From the NCBI GenBank assembly GCA_037431425.1, contig GCA_037431425.1_4129.1: a DNA stretch of 64,000 bases; one strand, 5' to 3'. The first letter of the stretch is position 1. Each line of letters starts with the position of its first letter. The translations under genes were made by a program, and so were the position numbers. Below, piece after piece: positions 11,855 to 21,762 of this stretch. The DNA is from a phage. A model generated the notes under the pieces. The model saw only the letters and a program-made list of their open reading frames with translations. It was not told the DNA's origin and searched no databases.

Positions 11855-12259
11855 ATGTTGAAAATTCCACAACAGGCATTATCTATACTAATTGAAAATG
11901 GTGTAATATTTTCTGAAGGATGTAGTTCATTCTATACATGTGATGTGGACCAGTACACATTTGAATACCGTTCATTTAAAAATACATTGAGTGTTTCGTG
12001 TGAAGCTTCTGACAACATTGTACTTGTTGTTTCTTTCTATGGTGTACCAAAATTCTTCATTGATATATATTATGATTCTTTTAAGATACAAACATACGAC
12101 CATTTTCTTGGTGAAGTGCTCTTGCAAATGCCAATTGAACATGTTACTATAAATGAAGATATGTTCTTTCAGCTATCTACGGTATATGATATGTGTGGTT
12201 TGACATTTGACAACATTAATGGTATTTTTGAAATTGCCAGAACCCTACGAGGAAGATGA
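11855..12259 (+). CDS. hypothetical protein with C-terminal EDMFFQLSTV module
   Basis: Track ORF. Confidence 0.55.
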   Translation: MLKIPQQALSILIENGVIFSEGCSSFYTCDVDQYTFEYRSFKNTLSVSCEASDNIVLVVSFYGVPKFFIDIYYDSFKIQTYDHFLGEVLLQMPIEHVTINEDMFFQLSTVYDMCGLTFDNINGIFEIARTLRGR

Positions 12260-12260
12260 T

Positions 12261-12668
12261 ATGGTCAAAATTTTAAGTGACAATACAGTTGATATTGTTA
12301 TTGATGTACTTGAAAACAGTAATACATTTGAGAAGAAACACAGTACTGTATACTTCGGTAAAGATTGTTGGCTGAACTATACATCTGATAGTTCATTTAT
12401 AATTCATGTTGAAAAGGGTGATATTGGATTAACGATACATGCTTCCTATAATAAAACAATCACTGTTATTGCCAACAAGCCAAGTTCTTCTGATTTCTGG
12501 GATATTATTGATGATTGTGATCATTTCATGTCAACATTCTATAAAACAGAAGAAGAACATTTCATGGATAGTACTGTTCGAGAATTACAAATTCCATTTA
12601 AATTAATGAAAGCGGCAAGGGATTTTATTTCAAAATACAAAAAAACAGGAGTATGTGATGCAATTTAA
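12261..12668 (+). CDS. hypothetical protein with C-terminal EEEHFMDSTV module
   Basis: Track ORF 12207..12668; ATG 12261 after gaggaag is preferred. Confidence 0.5.
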   Translation: MVKILSDNTVDIVIDVLENSNTFEKKHSTVYFGKDCWLNYTSDSSFIIHVEKGDIGLTIHASYNKTITVIANKPSSSDFWDIIDDCDHFMSTFYKTEEEHFMDSTVRELQIPFKLMKAARDFISKYKKTGVCDAI

Positions 12669-13119
12669 TGGTAATGTTTCTAAAGTTGCTTTAGTATTTG
12701 AAAATTGTGAGTGTGTGTATATTGATGTAAAGGATGTTTTATGGATGCATATTGGTGATGAGAAGACACTTTGTAGTCGTTTTTCGAATGGACTGACAAT
12801 TAGTACTGGTATTGGTGAGTTTGGAATTGCGTTACGTAGTAATACTCCAGCGGATTTTATGGACAATACCACACTGTTGGAACGTTTAAAAATGCGTGAC
12901 GTTACACATGTTTATCTATATGATAATCAAGACGTAGAACGTCATTATGTTGTTGAATGGGCTGATTATAACATGAATGGGCAATATTCCGTAAACCAGC
13001 GTGTACAAATTACACCAGGTGGTAATATTGTATTTGTTAGTACAACAGGTAAATTAATCAACGTAGATGATAAAAATATCGATCTATTTACGTCATACGA
13101 TAGTTATAATTTGAGGTGA
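12655..13119 (+). CDS. hypothetical protein
   Basis: Track ORF. Confidence 0.5.
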   Translation: MMQFNGNVSKVALVFENCECVYIDVKDVLWMHIGDEKTLCSRFSNGLTISTGIGEFGIALRSNTPADFMDNTTLLERLKMRDVTHVYLYDNQDVERHYVVEWADYNMNGQYSVNQRVQITPGGNIVFVSTTGKLINVDDKNIDLFTSYDSYNLR

Positions 13120-13123
13120 TATT

Positions 13124-13486
13124 ATGAACTTGTGGATATTTACACTTATTTGTTGTATTACTATTGTACTTTGTCGTCTAATTCATGTATACTCATATCA
13201 TAAAGCGTTACGTATTGAGCAAGAGACTTACTTAAAAAAACAGCCACCGAAGAAGTTACCATCACCGTATGGGTTGAAACGTGAAATGCACTCCAAAAGC
13301 AAAGAGTGGGGATATGCAATCACAAAAAATGGGTATATTTACACAGCGAGTAATGGTTATTTTCAAATTCACCACAAATTAGAGGTAGCAGTTAAGATTT
13401 TGTGGGAAATGGAGGATATTGGTGGTTATGAGCGTACTAAGTTTGAATACATATCAGATGATCCAGGAACTTCGCGAGAAACATGA
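13124..13486 (+). CDS. hypothetical protein with N-terminal membrane helix
   Basis: Track ORF. Confidence 0.5.
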   Translation: MNLWIFTLICCITIVLCRLIHVYSYHKALRIEQETYLKKQPPKKLPSPYGLKREMHSKSKEWGYAITKNGYIYTASNGYFQIHHKLEVAVKILWEMEDIGGYERTKFEYISDDPGTSRET

Positions 13487-13631
13487 TATAATTATCGATG
13501 TTGAGAAGAAGGAAGTTGTTATGAAAAAGCAAGAATATCGCATATTAGATAACTTCCGTCTAAAATCATTTATAATGAAGTTCTGTACAGATGAACATCT
13601 TACTGGACGAGCAATACGTAAGGAGTTGTAA
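13458..13631 (+). CDS. hypothetical small protein, start uncertain
   Basis: Track ORF 13419..13631 overlaps upstream gene; internal in-frame ATG chosen. Confidence 0.3.
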   Translation: MIQELREKHDIIIDVEKKEVVMKKQEYRILDNFRLKSFIMKFCTDEHLTGRAIRKEL

Positions 13632-13632
13632 A

Positions 13633-13974
13633 ATGAACTTAAGTTCAACAATTCAGTTTTTGAGCAATAACTTTGATAGGATCATATCTCGCGGTGGGAT
13701 GATTGTACATCCAGATACAGACGAAATGTATATCATTGGATTTGATAAAAATTCTTATGATCAAGTGCTTGTAATTTCAAAGTTAGAAAGTTATAATGAA
13801 GTCGTTCAGTTTTGTTGTACCGAATTTGGTATATACATTAAAGATGCTGAAACAAATACGATTTCACATTATTTTTATCACACACTGATGGGTACTAAAG
13901 ACTTCGGATTAAAGTTTGATGATTTAGTACAATGTCATTATATGTTTAAAACCTTCCCTGTTAGTGGACACTAA
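13633..13974 (+). CDS. hypothetical protein
   Basis: Track ORF 13591..13974; ATG 13633 preceded by aaggag is preferred. Confidence 0.5.
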   Translation: MNLSSTIQFLSNNFDRIISRGGMIVHPDTDEMYIIGFDKNSYDQVLVISKLESYNEVVQFCCTEFGIYIKDAETNTISHYFYHTLMGTKDFGLKFDDLVQCHYMFKTFPVSGH

Positions 13975-13988
13975 GGAGTGTATCAAAT

Positions 13989-14774
13989 ATGAACAACATT
14001 TTCTTCAAAACTATTTCTTTCAAAAAAGAATCTTACTCATATTCCTATGTTGATGGTAATGTGCTTAATATTGTTCTGAATGGGGTAGATGTTCCTGTGA
14101 AATTCGACTCACATGAAGAAGCAGTCGATGGGGCAAAAGAATTGAATTCAATTCTCAATGGTGAAGATAGTCAAAAACAAAAGGTAAAATCCGATTTAGA
14201 TGCACTTTTGGAAAAAATCAAAAGTGGTGAAGTTCTTGAAATTTTAGAAAACTGTAATGAAAAACTACGTAAAGTAGTCAATGATGTTCATGACCAGATT
14301 CAAGAAAAAGCACTAGACCAAGCCTTTAAACATGTATCTAAAAAAGCTGAATCACGTATTGATAATATGGTCAAAAACATTGATGATGTACTTTCACATC
14401 TCTTTACCAAAGAATACGAATGTAACACAGACGAGCCAGTTACTGAATCTAAAAAAGAAAAACGCAACTTTGGTTCAAGTGATGATGTATTTGGTTTTTC
14501 TAATGTACGAACAAGTGCAGATGAACCAAAGGAAATCAGTGAGATGCTCATTGGTGACATGACAACAAAACAACTTCGTAATGAAATTGACAAGTTTGTT
14601 ACTACATCTATCAAATCTGAACGTGCACAAAATATGTTCAAAAGTATCAGTGCTAATTTTGGTACTGAAGCCACCGAACAAGCACTAAATGCATTTAAAG
14701 AATTGATTTATAATGTTGCCATTCGCAATCCAGAAAAAACACTCGAAGAAGTCCTACGAGAAAATTTCAAATAA
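13989..14774 (+). CDS. hypothetical acidic protein (261 aa)
   Basis: Track ORF; followed by bidirectional terminator. Confidence 0.6.
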   Translation: MNNIFFKTISFKKESYSYSYVDGNVLNIVLNGVDVPVKFDSHEEAVDGAKELNSILNGEDSQKQKVKSDLDALLEKIKSGEVLEILENCNEKLRKVVNDVHDQIQEKALDQAFKHVSKKAESRIDNMVKNIDDVLSHLFTKEYECNTDEPVTESKKEKRNFGSSDDVFGFSNVRTSADEPKEISEMLIGDMTTKQLRNEIDKFVTTSIKSERAQNMFKSISANFGTEATEQALNAFKELIYNVAIRNPEKTLEEVLRENFK

Positions 14775-14788
14775 TTAGATAAAAGTAA

Positions 14789-14815
14789 AGCCACTACTTT
14801 CGTAGTGGCTTTTTT
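14789..14815. terminator. bidirectional terminator between convergent genes
   Basis: AAGCCACTAC-TTTC-GTAGTGGCTT flanked by A-run and T-run. Confidence 0.65.
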
Positions 14816-14816
14816 A

Positions 14817-15971
14817 TTATGCGTTATAACCAACAATAACGACAGTACAATCAATTGGATTTACTACTTTAACAGTTACGTTATCATCTTCATCAAACTG
14901 TATTTCGCTATGAACTACCTGTTTGGTTGAAGAATACAATTGAACTTGTGGTAATACTTTACCATGTTCAGTAACTGGAATAGATAGTGAATACATAGAG
15001 TCTTCATCTTCTACCCAATCACTCTCCACATATTCCTTATGGAATGGGGTGGTGTGTAGTGTTTTGCCCATAATACGCAAAGACACAGGCGAATTATCGC
15101 TTTGGTTCACTGTAATATCACCTTTATCATCAACAGACATATCAACACCTATTTGGTGTAAATCATCGCTATATGCTTGGAGAACTAATTTATTACCACG
15201 TTTATGAACATCATATGGTACGACCGCAGAAAAAACTCCATCACCTGATGGTTGGAATTGCGTCAATTGAACCGGAGTAACATAATCAACATCCTCGCCG
15301 TGTTCTTGAACATCAAATTCAACAACTTTAGTGTTATAATATGGGGAAGTTAATGTGGCAGTACCTTTGCCTTTTTGTTGAATAGCATCTACTTGAATCG
15401 TAAACTCATCATCAACAATTTGTTTAGTGACGTATTCTTTCCCTTCTGGTAATACAAATTTAATTTCCATGCCATTGGTATCAATTTCAGAACCAGCATT
15501 GAATAGTTTACCACTAATTGATTTATCACCAACAAATACTGGTGAAATAATAATATTATCAATATCCCTATCAATAATACTACATTCTGGGGTATACATA
15601 TTATAAAGAGATTTTGAATTTCCTAAAATAGTTTTGTGTAGTAGGAATTTATAAACAAATCCAGTATCTGCCTCTTGCTGCTCATTAGTGTGTCCACGAA
15701 CAAAGAAACTGTTTCTATTAATTTCACTTAATAGTTCATCATTAGATTTACTATAATTTAGCAGATAACCTTTATTATCTTTAGTTGTTAGTTGGACTTT
15801 ACGGTAAATTATATTAGTTCTTGGGTCAACCAAATCATATAATTTGTGACTTCTCTGACGATAGATTCTAATATTTTTAAGTTTAGTTCCGTCATTAAGT
15901 ATCGCTCCATCAACGACATAACCACATTCGCCAAACTTGTATCTACCTGCTGACGCTATAGACCTTGACAT
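14817..15971 (-). CDS. hypothetical protein (384 aa); isolated minus-strand gene
   Basis: Long track ORF convergent with 13989..14774, sharing the hairpin at 14789..14815. Confidence 0.65.
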   Translation of the reverse strand: MSRSIASAGRYKFGECGYVVDGAILNDGTKLKNIRIYRQRSHKLYDLVDPRTNIIYRKVQLTTKDNKGYLLNYSKSNDELLSEINRNSFFVRGHTNEQQEADTGFVYKFLLHKTILGNSKSLYNMYTPECSIIDRDIDNIIISPVFVGDKSISGKLFNAGSEIDTNGMEIKFVLPEGKEYVTKQIVDDEFTIQVDAIQQKGKGTATLTSPYYNTKVVEFDVQEHGEDVDYVTPVQLTQFQPSGDGVFSAVVPYDVHKRGNKLVLQAYSDDLHQIGVDMSVDDKGDITVNQSDNSPVSLRIMGKTLHTTPFHKEYVESDWVEDEDSMYSLSIPVTEHGKVLPQVQLYSSTKQVVHSEIQFDEDDNVTVKVVNPIDCTVVIVGYNA

Positions 15972-16029
15972 TTATCCTTCCTTTGTTATAATTATTATAA
16001 CATATTTATTGTATAGATTAAAAAAATGA

Positions 16030-16058
16030 TTGACACGTGTAAGAAAAACTGATACTAT
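16030..16058 (+). promoter_or_regulatory. sigma70-type promoter (TTGACA-N17-TACTAT)
   Basis: Precedes ORF 16089 in the divergent intergenic region. Confidence 0.5.
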
Positions 16059-16088
16059 AACATTTAATTATTAAGTGAGGATTTTTGT

Positions 16089-16673
16089 ATGAATGTTATT
16101 GAAGATAGATTAGTACTGAAAAATGGAAAAATGACTGTTAAGTTATATAAAGACGAAGCTGATTCATTCATGGCAAAAGCTATTGAAAAATCAGAACGAT
16201 ATAAATTATTAGCACCTGCTAGTAAATCACCGTATGGTTTTAATCATGCCCATAGTCATTTTGTAGGAATGGTTTGTGAACATGCATCTTTAGTTCTTTT
16301 TAATGAAATTGAAAATAATACTGGTATTAAACTTAATATTGATCCTGCATTTCAAAATGATGCACGCGATGGGGAGTGTGATATTAAGGTAAACAACCTT
16401 CGTATAGAAGTAAAAGGTATTAAGTATAAATCATGGACCGACTTTGGACCGTGTGTCAGCACTCGACAGTTGAAAAATATCCAAAAAAAAGCTGACGTAA
16501 TACTATGGGTATTGTATAATGAGAAAAAACAAGAGTTCACGTTTGAGGGTTTCAACTATGTGAAAGATATTAGTTCTATCCCAGTTGTGCTCACGGGTGT
16601 CCCAGGGCGACCAATGATTGAAAATCATCCAGTACTGAGTATTATCAAACCACTTCAGGAGTTACCGTTATGA
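16089..16673 (+). CDS. hypothetical protein; weak PD-(D/E)xK-like motif (DGECDIK...EVK)
   Basis: Track ORF downstream of promoter at 16030; nuclease assignment is speculative. Confidence 0.5.
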   Translation: MNVIEDRLVLKNGKMTVKLYKDEADSFMAKAIEKSERYKLLAPASKSPYGFNHAHSHFVGMVCEHASLVLFNEIENNTGIKLNIDPAFQNDARDGECDIKVNNLRIEVKGIKYKSWTDFGPCVSTRQLKNIQKKADVILWVLYNEKKQEFTFEGFNYVKDISSIPVVLTGVPGRPMIENHPVLSIIKPLQELPL

Positions 16674-16897
16674 TTACAGCCACTGTATACCAAGATATCA
16701 ATGAAGAGTTTAATTCCAAAATTGCATTTTTACAATTCCCAGTTATCCCACCAGTTGGGGCAACATTAAATCTAACCATTTGTGGGTTTGAAAAATATTA
16801 CGAAATTCTAGATATTGAGTACTGTGCTGATGTGTATTCATGTAATAGTGAATTTGCCATTCCGGTATCAATCGATATTATCGTTAAAGAGGTTTAA
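16670..16897 (+). CDS. hypothetical small protein
   Basis: Track ORF; ATGA overlap. Confidence 0.45.
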   Translation: MITATVYQDINEEFNSKIAFLQFPVIPPVGATLNLTICGFEKYYEILDIEYCADVYSCNSEFAIPVSIDIIVKEV

Positions 16898-16900
16898 AAT

Positions 16901-17356
16901 ATGTTTAAAAATTTTATTGTTATTGTAGCAGTACTGTTTGGTGCATCATGTTTTATTACACCAGTACATGCAGAAGAACAACGTCAAACTATTAAAACTA
17001 TTGGTACTGGTAAAACACCACCTAAACGTACTGCGGAAGAATACATGCCGGAAATCCGTGAGCGTTATCGCCAGACATACAGGGAAAAACATGCAAATGA
17101 CAAACCAATCAAAAAGCACAAATGGGAAGTAGTTAAATCCCCTTCATTTTGTGCTGGTTATGCGAAGGTAAAGGTTGAACAACACAACAACCAGTACTAT
17201 AAGGATATGTATTACTTCTATGACTCCAGAATTTCTGACACTGATTTGATGGCAGGGAAGGTTGATAAAGAAGAATTTCTTCAAGGTTATGATATGATGG
17301 ACGATGCTAAGATCATGGAGTGTGTAGATGTGTATGAAAAATATAGAGGGTTCTAA
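16901..17356 (+). CDS. putative secreted protein
   Basis: Track ORF; N-terminus MFKNFIVIVAVLFGASCFITPVHA looks like a signal peptide. Confidence 0.55.
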   Translation: MFKNFIVIVAVLFGASCFITPVHAEEQRQTIKTIGTGKTPPKRTAEEYMPEIRERYRQTYREKHANDKPIKKHKWEVVKSPSFCAGYAKVKVEQHNNQYYKDMYYFYDSRISDTDLMAGKVDKEEFLQGYDMMDDAKIMECVDVYEKYRGF

Positions 17357-17817
17357 TGATACTACTAGTATTATTATCAAGCCCGTTTGCTTATTTTATT
17401 CTGTATAATATTTTTAGTAATGCTCATCATTTTAAATACGCACAAACAATTGCAAAACATGAAGGATGGTGGCATTTTTTTCCAGCACTACTGTGTTCAT
17501 ATATGTTCAATGAACGCTATTTTATTTTTCCAGAATATACAAAGTACTATTATGATACTAAAATAAATGGCATAATTGAGTACTGTCTACGTAATTATCT
17601 GAACAATACAGATAATGTTAAAGTGAATTTATTAAATGGAAATTCACCAAGAATAGTCTTTACATCTTACATAGAAGACCCCATTTACTTATATCTATAT
17701 GATTATAGTATTTCGGTTCGTTGTTCTATGCGTAGTAGTTGTGAGTACTTTATCTTACTACCTACACAAATAAGATTAATAGAAAAATACTTGAAATTGA
17801 TTGACAAAAAAGATTAG
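17356..17817 (+). CDS. hypothetical membrane protein
   Basis: Track ORF; hydrophobic N-terminus. Confidence 0.5.
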   Translation: MILLVLLSSPFAYFILYNIFSNAHHFKYAQTIAKHEGWWHFFPALLCSYMFNERYFIFPEYTKYYYDTKINGIIEYCLRNYLNNTDNVKVNLLNGNSPRIVFTSYIEDPIYLYLYDYSISVRCSMRSSCEYFILLPTQIRLIEKYLKLIDKKD

Positions 17818-17829
17818 TAGGGTTATAAT
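17801..17829 (+). promoter_or_regulatory. sigma70-type promoter (TTGACA-N17-TATAAT)
   Basis: Consensus hexamers; precedes ORF 17862. Confidence 0.65.
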
Positions 17830-17861
17830 CATAAGACTAACCGACAAAAGAGGAACTGAAA

Positions 17862-18320
17862 ATGGACGTATTGGCTACCAATTTCAAACGTAACACAGAA
17901 GAGCGTGAAGGATACCTTAGTATTAGCGATGTAGTTGATGATAACTTCAAACAATACATTTTTAATAGTGCGATTAAGTTAAAATGCACAAAGGATGCAC
18001 CAGACCGTAGTTTTACTAAATGGATTGCATATTGGGAAGATTCACCAATTGCAATTGAAATGACAGTTATTACAACAGTTCTGGAAACGGGATATATCAA
18101 AGCTATTGTAGTTGATAAGAAAGTCAGATCTCTTGATGAAATTAACCCATATCCAGCCCGAAATTCTAAAGTTTTTGGGTTTTTGGTTGAAGGTAAGTTT
18201 ATGATTGAAAAAGATGCAAAAGAATATGTAATTAATATGCTACAAACACCAACCGAGAAAAAAAAGGTCGTTGACCAGAATGCTATTGATTCCATCAAGA
18301 AAGCATGGGGACTTAAGTAA
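17862..18320 (+). CDS. hypothetical protein
   Basis: Track ORF downstream of promoter 17801..17829; SD aagaggaa. Confidence 0.6.
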   Translation: MDVLATNFKRNTEEREGYLSISDVVDDNFKQYIFNSAIKLKCTKDAPDRSFTKWIAYWEDSPIAIEMTVITTVLETGYIKAIVVDKKVRSLDEINPYPARNSKVFGFLVEGKFMIEKDAKEYVINMLQTPTEKKKVVDQNAIDSIKKAWGLK

Positions 18321-18321
18321 C

Positions 18322-18744
18322 ATGTTCACACTAAGTAATACAAAATATCTTTTTCTTATTAGTATTATTGGTTGGGTTATGGCTCCAGTGCTTAATGCAC
18401 TGGGGATTCCAGAGGAACACAAACTTGTCAATATTTCAGGTTTAATCCAAGCTATTTCGTGGTATTCATTAATCATATTTTTTGTGTGTATTAACACATT
18501 TGCACGCGAGTATCGACGCTTACTTTATTTTAAAGTTTTCGGAACCACATACTATAGTTTTCTTTATACATTTATTTTAGTTCCATGTGTAGTATATGCC
18601 TTTGTTTTTGATTACTATACATATATGTGGGTGTGTAGTACAATGTTTGTTATGTTAGAATATACAAGAACTATTCAAAACTCATATGCAGAAGAGTTTC
18701 ATGATCAAGAAGTCAAACGCAAATTAACGGAGCTAAACAAATGA
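18322..18744 (+). CDS. hypothetical multi-pass membrane protein
   Basis: Track ORF 18271..18744; ATG 18322 directly after upstream stop is preferred. Confidence 0.5.
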   Translation: MFTLSNTKYLFLISIIGWVMAPVLNALGIPEEHKLVNISGLIQAISWYSLIIFFVCINTFAREYRRLLYFKVFGTTYYSFLYTFILVPCVVYAFVFDYYTYMWVCSTMFVMLEYTRTIQNSYAEEFHDQEVKRKLTELNK

Positions 18745-19166
18745 GAGTATATAATAAAATTTGTATTTTTGTATTTTTAGTTTGTGCGTTCAATTCCTTT
18801 GGCTACTACTGCAACGAAAACAATATTTCATATGGATTAAATCCTTTGTGGTTTTCAATTTCAAATGTAGCTCAAACTGGTATTGCTATTATGTCTGCCC
18901 TTATGTTCTTTCCAATAGTTACGATGGATACTGATTATGAAAGGCTTGGATTTATCCGTGATACTGGTGACGAACCTTACAGTAGATTGATTGTGTTGTA
19001 TCCATTTATTGTTATATTAGGTACTAATATCCAACTTGGGTCTTTATCTAATAGTCTTACTTCAGCAGTCATTACCATCTTTGCATTCATATTTTTTATG
19101 GTACACAAATCAGTACTTAAATGGCACATCACTCAATTGGCAGAGAAGGGTACAGAAATCAGTTGA
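18741..19166 (+). CDS. hypothetical multi-pass membrane protein
   Basis: Track ORF; ATGA overlap. Confidence 0.5.
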   Translation: MRVYNKICIFVFLVCAFNSFGYYCNENNISYGLNPLWFSISNVAQTGIAIMSALMFFPIVTMDTDYERLGFIRDTGDEPYSRLIVLYPFIVILGTNIQLGSLSNSLTSAVITIFAFIFFMVHKSVLKWHITQLAEKGTEIS

Positions 19167-19225
19167 CGTGATGTATCGAGTCATATATAATTATTACATC
19201 AAAACGATCAAATGGTAAGGAACTT

Positions 19226-19477
19226 ATGAACATTGATAAGGTCAAAGAACTTAGTGCAGCACTAATTAAGAACGAAGAAGTATGTGAAGAACTTCGCAGT
19301 ACTATCAAAGTGGAGTATGCACGTCTTCAAGCTATGCTTCAGGAGTCAGAATGGGTTGTAACGAAATCTATCGAATCCATCTATAAGGATATCGAATCTC
19401 TTTTTAACAAGAAAAGTAAAATCGAATCTGATTCATATAACAAACGCAAAGAATTAAATTCAGTACTTGGAATCTAA
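19226..19477 (+). CDS. hypothetical small protein
   Basis: Track ORF; SD aaggaa upstream. Confidence 0.5.
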   Translation: MNIDKVKELSAALIKNEEVCEELRSTIKVEYARLQAMLQESEWVVTKSIESIYKDIESLFNKKSKIESDSYNKRKELNSVLGI

Positions 19478-19554
19478 AAAAAAGTATTTGACATAAAACA
19501 AAATATGGAGTACAGTGTGCTCCATATTTAATTATAAGATAAAAGGAAACCGTT

Positions 19555-19824
19555 ATGAAATCTATTCTCGTTGCAGTTAACCAGATTGCTTCTCCATCTT
19601 TCAACTTCAAACAAGCTGTTGCTGATAAATTGAAGAAAATCTGCCCCAACGCTGAATTAACGTTCTGTGTGTTTGATTCTGAAAAAGTATCAACGGTTGA
19701 TCTAAACTATATCATCAACGACATTAAAAGCATTTCAGGCGAAAGTAATTTAAACTTACTAAATGAGATTGCTGATGATTATGATCATACACTAGTAATT
19801 TCGGAGAAATATTCAATCAAATGA
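19555..19824 (+). CDS. hypothetical small protein
   Basis: Track ORF; SD aaaggaaa upstream. Confidence 0.5.
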   Translation: MKSILVAVNQIASPSFNFKQAVADKLKKICPNAELTFCVFDSEKVSTVDLNYIINDIKSISGESNLNLLNEIADDYDHTLVISEKYSIK

Positions 19825-20240
19825 TTAGATTACTTCAGTACTTAATCATTAAATTTTTTGGCTGTCATACAATTGAAGGAAAAGCTACACTTGCACATAA
19901 AATTTTTGTAGCATTGTGTACAGGTGATTATGACGTATTGAATAAGTACTGTAAATCTCAAGCATGTATTGATATAATGGCACTTCGTATCTATGAGTGT
20001 CAATTCAATAGATATAATTTTTACCAGTACAGATATGATAAACAAGAATTTGATAGTTTTGGAATGTTAAAAAATTTATGCAACAATAAAAAGAATATGC
20101 ATATATCTGAATTTATTGCTTTGTATTTTTATTTAAAAAGTTCATTGTTCATGAACACGAGTCAACTTTTTGATACTAGATTTAATGCATTCAAAGGTGA
20201 AGAATTTTACATATATAATAAATTCTTAGATAAGGTTTAA
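19821..20240 (+). CDS. hypothetical Cys-rich protein
   Basis: Track ORF. Confidence 0.5.
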   Translation: MIRLLQYLIIKFFGCHTIEGKATLAHKIFVALCTGDYDVLNKYCKSQACIDIMALRIYECQFNRYNFYQYRYDKQEFDSFGMLKNLCNNKKNMHISEFIALYFYLKSSLFMNTSQLFDTRFNAFKGEEFYIYNKFLDKV

Positions 20241-20241
20241 T

Positions 20242-20739
20242 ATGACAACAGTTTACATTGATAAACGATTAAATTTATTGATTACTGATTCTAGAGTTAC
20301 ATTAACCATACCACGAAACTTATTTGGTATTTTCCCACTAAAACCAAAATATCAATATGAAGTTGTTAATCAAAAAACTTTATATGTACATGACCGTTTA
20401 TTCAGTGCTAGTGGGACAATAAGTGAAATTGATAAAGTACTGAATTGGTTAATTAACAAAGAACCTGTTATACCGCACAAAAAACTAGGTTGTCATTGTG
20501 TTCTACTATCCAAAGATTATATCATTCACATGAATATATCTAATGGTAAGTTCACTAAGAAACTTCAATATCTTCATGAAGACTATACATTCTTTATGGG
20601 AAGTGGTGGAGAGTATATGGTAGATGCAGCAATACATGAAGACACTACGACTTTATGTAATAAAGTTTTTAGTACATTCATGGACGTTCATAACCATGAT
20701 TCTTTTACAGATAGTAATATTAATGTGTATAAATTTTAA
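20242..20739 (+). CDS. hypothetical protein
   Basis: Track ORF. Confidence 0.5.
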   Translation: MTTVYIDKRLNLLITDSRVTLTIPRNLFGIFPLKPKYQYEVVNQKTLYVHDRLFSASGTISEIDKVLNWLINKEPVIPHKKLGCHCVLLSKDYIIHMNISNGKFTKKLQYLHEDYTFFMGSGGEYMVDAAIHEDTTTLCNKVFSTFMDVHNHDSFTDSNINVYKF

Positions 20740-20760
20740 TTTCGTCAATAGGAGAAGTAG

Positions 20761-21726
20761 GTGAAAAAACTTGATTTGAATACAATTGCAGATGAAGTTC
20801 TGGATGAATGCTTTGGTAATGAAGAAGTGAATACGCTGGATGCGTTAGAACCAGTTCAAGAAAAAGATAACATTGACGAGAAAAATAATGGTAATTTCAA
20901 GTTTAATATTAGTCTTAAGCGACCAGCAAATGTAACAAATGAAGATATTATTCGTGATATTCAAGCAGGTATTAACGTAAAGAAAAATACTGAACTATTA
21001 GTTCGTTATAATTACGGTTTGATTATTGATGTTGCAAGTAAATGCACGTGTTATATTCCATTTGAAGATAAGATTTCATATGGCATTGAGGGATTCATGC
21101 GAGCATTAAAAACATTTGACCTTAGTAAGAATGTAAAGTTCGCTACGTATGCATCGTCAAGTATCTATATGACTGTATACAATGAAAGCTCAGATGCTAA
21201 TCATCTGGTCCACTTCCCTCGTTACATGAGTGTTAATAAGATACAAGTGAAACGCTTCTGTCATAATTATGAGCGTCAGCATGGTTGTCGTCCTACACCT
21301 GAAATTATTTCTGAAGAGACTGGTATTGAAATCCAGCACGTTAAGAATTGTTTATTATTCCAAAGTGAATATACTTCACTGGATGCACCATTGGATGGTG
21401 TTTCTGATGGGACGATGAGTGATATTCTGCATTCATCTGAAGGTGATTATAATCTTAATGTTGACAGTATTCGTGCACCGTTGCGTTATACCATCAACGA
21501 ACTAACTAATGAGTTGAGTGCTAAGGAATGTGAGATTATTCAACGTGTTCATGGATTAGGTGAATTTAATCCTGAAACACTACGTGAAATTGCTGATAGT
21601 GGTTTTATTGATGACAATGGTAAGTGTGTAAAATCCAGATCTTCGGTTCATCGTAAATACAGTGATGCTCTTAAGAAACTCAAGAAATTAGTGCTCGCTA
21701 AAGGGTACGAATACGAAGATTTCTAA
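20761..21726 (+). CDS. sigma70-family RNA polymerase sigma factor
   Basis: Region-2-like stretch LLVRYNYGLIIDVASK...GIEGFMRALKTFD...KFATYASSSI and region-4-like HTH near the C-terminus (ECEIIQRVHGL...TLREIA...KYSDALKKLKK); GTG start with strong SD aggagaag; terminator follows. Confidence 0.75.
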   Translation: MKKLDLNTIADEVLDECFGNEEVNTLDALEPVQEKDNIDEKNNGNFKFNISLKRPANVTNEDIIRDIQAGINVKKNTELLVRYNYGLIIDVASKCTCYIPFEDKISYGIEGFMRALKTFDLSKNVKFATYASSSIYMTVYNESSDANHLVHFPRYMSVNKIQVKRFCHNYERQHGCRPTPEIISEETGIEIQHVKNCLLFQSEYTSLDAPLDGVSDGTMSDILHSSEGDYNLNVDSIRAPLRYTINELTNELSAKECEIIQRVHGLGEFNPETLREIADSGFIDDNGKCVKSRSSVHRKYSDALKKLKKLVLAKGYEYEDF

Positions 21727-21733
21727 ATTGTAA

Positions 21734-21762
21734 AGGTTGGCATATGCCAACCTTTTTTATTG
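21734..21762 (+). terminator. rho-independent terminator after the sigma factor gene
   Basis: AAGGTTGGCATATGCCAACCTT followed by T-run. Confidence 0.65.
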
